From the NCBI GenBank assembly GCA_963699545.1, contig CAVOUE010000009.1:64001-128000 (forward strand): DNA of 64,000 nt, given 5' to 3'. The position numbers and the translations under genes were made by a program. Source of the DNA: Nitrospirota bacterium (GTDB taxonomy: Bacteria; Nitrospirota; Thermodesulfovibrionia; Thermodesulfovibrionales; UBA9159). Positions 62,754 through 64,000 of this stretch are shown in pieces; the first letter of the stretch is position 1; each line of letters starts with the position of its first letter. A model generated the notes under the pieces. It saw only the letters and a list, made by a program, of their open reading frames with translations, was not told where the DNA came from and did no database searches.

Positions 62754-63608
62754 ATGAAGGCAGGATTCATCGGTCTCGGGCATCTGGGCAAGGCCATGGC
62801 AAAGAGATTGCTTGCGGAAGGCGTCGAACTAGTCGTCTGGAACAGAACAAGGGAGAAGGCCTTGGACCTCGGCGTCCAAATAGCGGATACCCCTGCTTCC
62901 CTCGTATCGGAGGTCGAGATTCTGTTCCTGAATCTTTTCGACAGTGCCGCGGTGGAGGCGGTGATAGCAGGGAAAGAGGGGATCATCAAAGGGCAATGCA
63001 AGGGAAAGATCATCGTCGACACCACCACCAACCATTTTGAACTGGTAATGCTCTTTCATGAAATCCTGAAGAAACACGAGGCCTCTTATCTTGAAGCCCC
63101 TGTCCTCGGCAGCGTCGTGCCCGCTTCTCAGGGTGCGCTCACGGTCCTGGTAAGCGGAGAAAAGGCCGCCTTTGACAAAGCCCTGCCCCACATCGAAAAG
63201 ATCGGGAAATCCATCTTTTACCTTGGAGCACCAACCCTCGCAGCAAAGATGAAGCTCATCAACAATCTCGCGCTTGGCTCCTTCATGGCGACCCTGGCAG
63301 AGGCCCTTGTCTTCGGCGAGAAGGCAGGAATAGATAGAACAAAGGTCATGGACATTCTCTCCGCGGGTGCGGGAAACTCCATGGTCCTCAATGCAAAGAG
63401 GGAAAAACTCCTGAAAGAAGATTTCTCGACCCATTTCTCATCCGCGCTGATTTACAAGGACCTCCACTACCTTCAGGATCTTGCCAGGTCCCTCAGGAGA
63501 CCCCTTTTCACCGGGAGCACCGCAAAAGAACTCTTCGGGATGACGTTCAGCAAAAATCTGGATTCCCAGGATTTTTCCGGGATATACAGGATTTTGAAGG
63601 AGATGTAA
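62754..63608 (+). CDS. 3-hydroxyisobutyrate dehydrogenase-family NAD(P) oxidoreductase
   Basis: GFIGLGHLG, EAPVLGS, KLINN, KDL. Confidence 0.9.
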   Translation: MKAGFIGLGHLGKAMAKRLLAEGVELVVWNRTREKALDLGVQIADTPASLVSEVEILFLNLFDSAAVEAVIAGKEGIIKGQCKGKIIVDTTTNHFELVMLFHEILKKHEASYLEAPVLGSVVPASQGALTVLVSGEKAAFDKALPHIEKIGKSIFYLGAPTLAAKMKLINNLALGSFMATLAEALVFGEKAGIDRTKVMDILSAGAGNSMVLNAKREKLLKEDFSTHFSSALIYKDLHYLQDLARSLRRPLFTGSTAKELFGMTFSKNLDSQDFSGIYRILKEM

Positions 63609-63615
63609 AAAATCA

Positions 63616-64000
63616 ATGCCCGCCCTTGAACAGTTATCCCTGCCTTTGACGCGGGATACCGCCCACCTCAGTGACTATTTCCGGGGAGTGGCAGGCAGGC
63701 CTCTTTCCCTCTTCATTACCGACAATGCCACGAGCATGGTATCCATACGGGACAAGGGAAAGACCGTGATCATGAGGCTCCACAGGATGTTCCTTGATGC
63801 AGGAGACGATGTGATCACCGAGATCGCACAATTCCTTAAGCACAGGAAGGGGGCAACACCTCTCTTAAGGAAGTTCCTAAGGCAGAACCGCCACAGGATA
63901 AGGAGACCATCCCCAAGAAAGACGACTATGAGAACAGAGGGGAAATACCACAACCTTGACACGATCTTTCATTCTTTGAACAGCGAGTATTTTGACGGCA
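63616..64000 (+). CDS. partial protein, probably SprT/YgjP-like metalloprotease N-terminus
   Basis: Hand translation MPALEQL...ITDNATSMVS...RLHRMFL...GKYHNLDTIFHSLNSEYFDG; HExxH would lie beyond window. Confidence 0.6.
   Translation, partial: MPALEQLSLPLTRDTAHLSDYFRGVAGRPLSLFITDNATSMVSIRDKGKTVIMRLHRMFLDAGDDVITEIAQFLKHRKGATPLLRKFLRQNRHRIRRPSPRKTTMRTEGKYHNLDTIFHSLNSEYFDG

Noticed and set aside
1-64000. CRISPR array, rRNA, transposase or prophage
   Set aside because: No spaced direct repeats or such genes detected by inspection.

Overview
Chromosomal window from an anaerobic or facultative Gram-negative bacterium; gene content and style suggest Nitrospirota (Thermodesulfovibrionia-like), which is inference only. 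Many genes, including normally intact housekeeping ones (priA, tatC, nrdJ), carry single-base indels, most likely long-read assembly errors. In order: an 11-kb minus-strand arsenic/thiol/sulfur block (arsP-DUF2703-trx-arsR-acr3-trx-ccdA, ferric-reductase-like oxidoreductase, fmdE-tauE-fmdE, sufC/sufB-like pair, Cys-containing PhnD/AioX-like binding protein); a napAGHBD operon with a class II Crp/Fnr-type site; class II RNR; ihfA-merR-tRNA-Pro(GGG); tatA/B-tatC; a HEAT plus HD-GYP pair; an AT-richer integrase-less integron cassette remnant (PD-(D/E)XK-like plus T5orf172/Zn-ribbon two-gene cassette, then a HigBA-type TA); housekeeping genes (priA, ribF, coaE, nadA, cls); a 170-bp nested palindrome; namZ plus a MurU-AmgK fusion; a CusCBA-type efflux operon; lemA-DUF2207; an AT-richer acyl-CoA ligase/ATP-grasp-like/radical SAM island; mtnP-apt, fabD, etfBA. 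Best novelty candidates: the two-gene nuclease integron cassette (putative anti-phage system) and the exported-FmdE/TauE/cytoplasmic-FmdE/SmsCB module.
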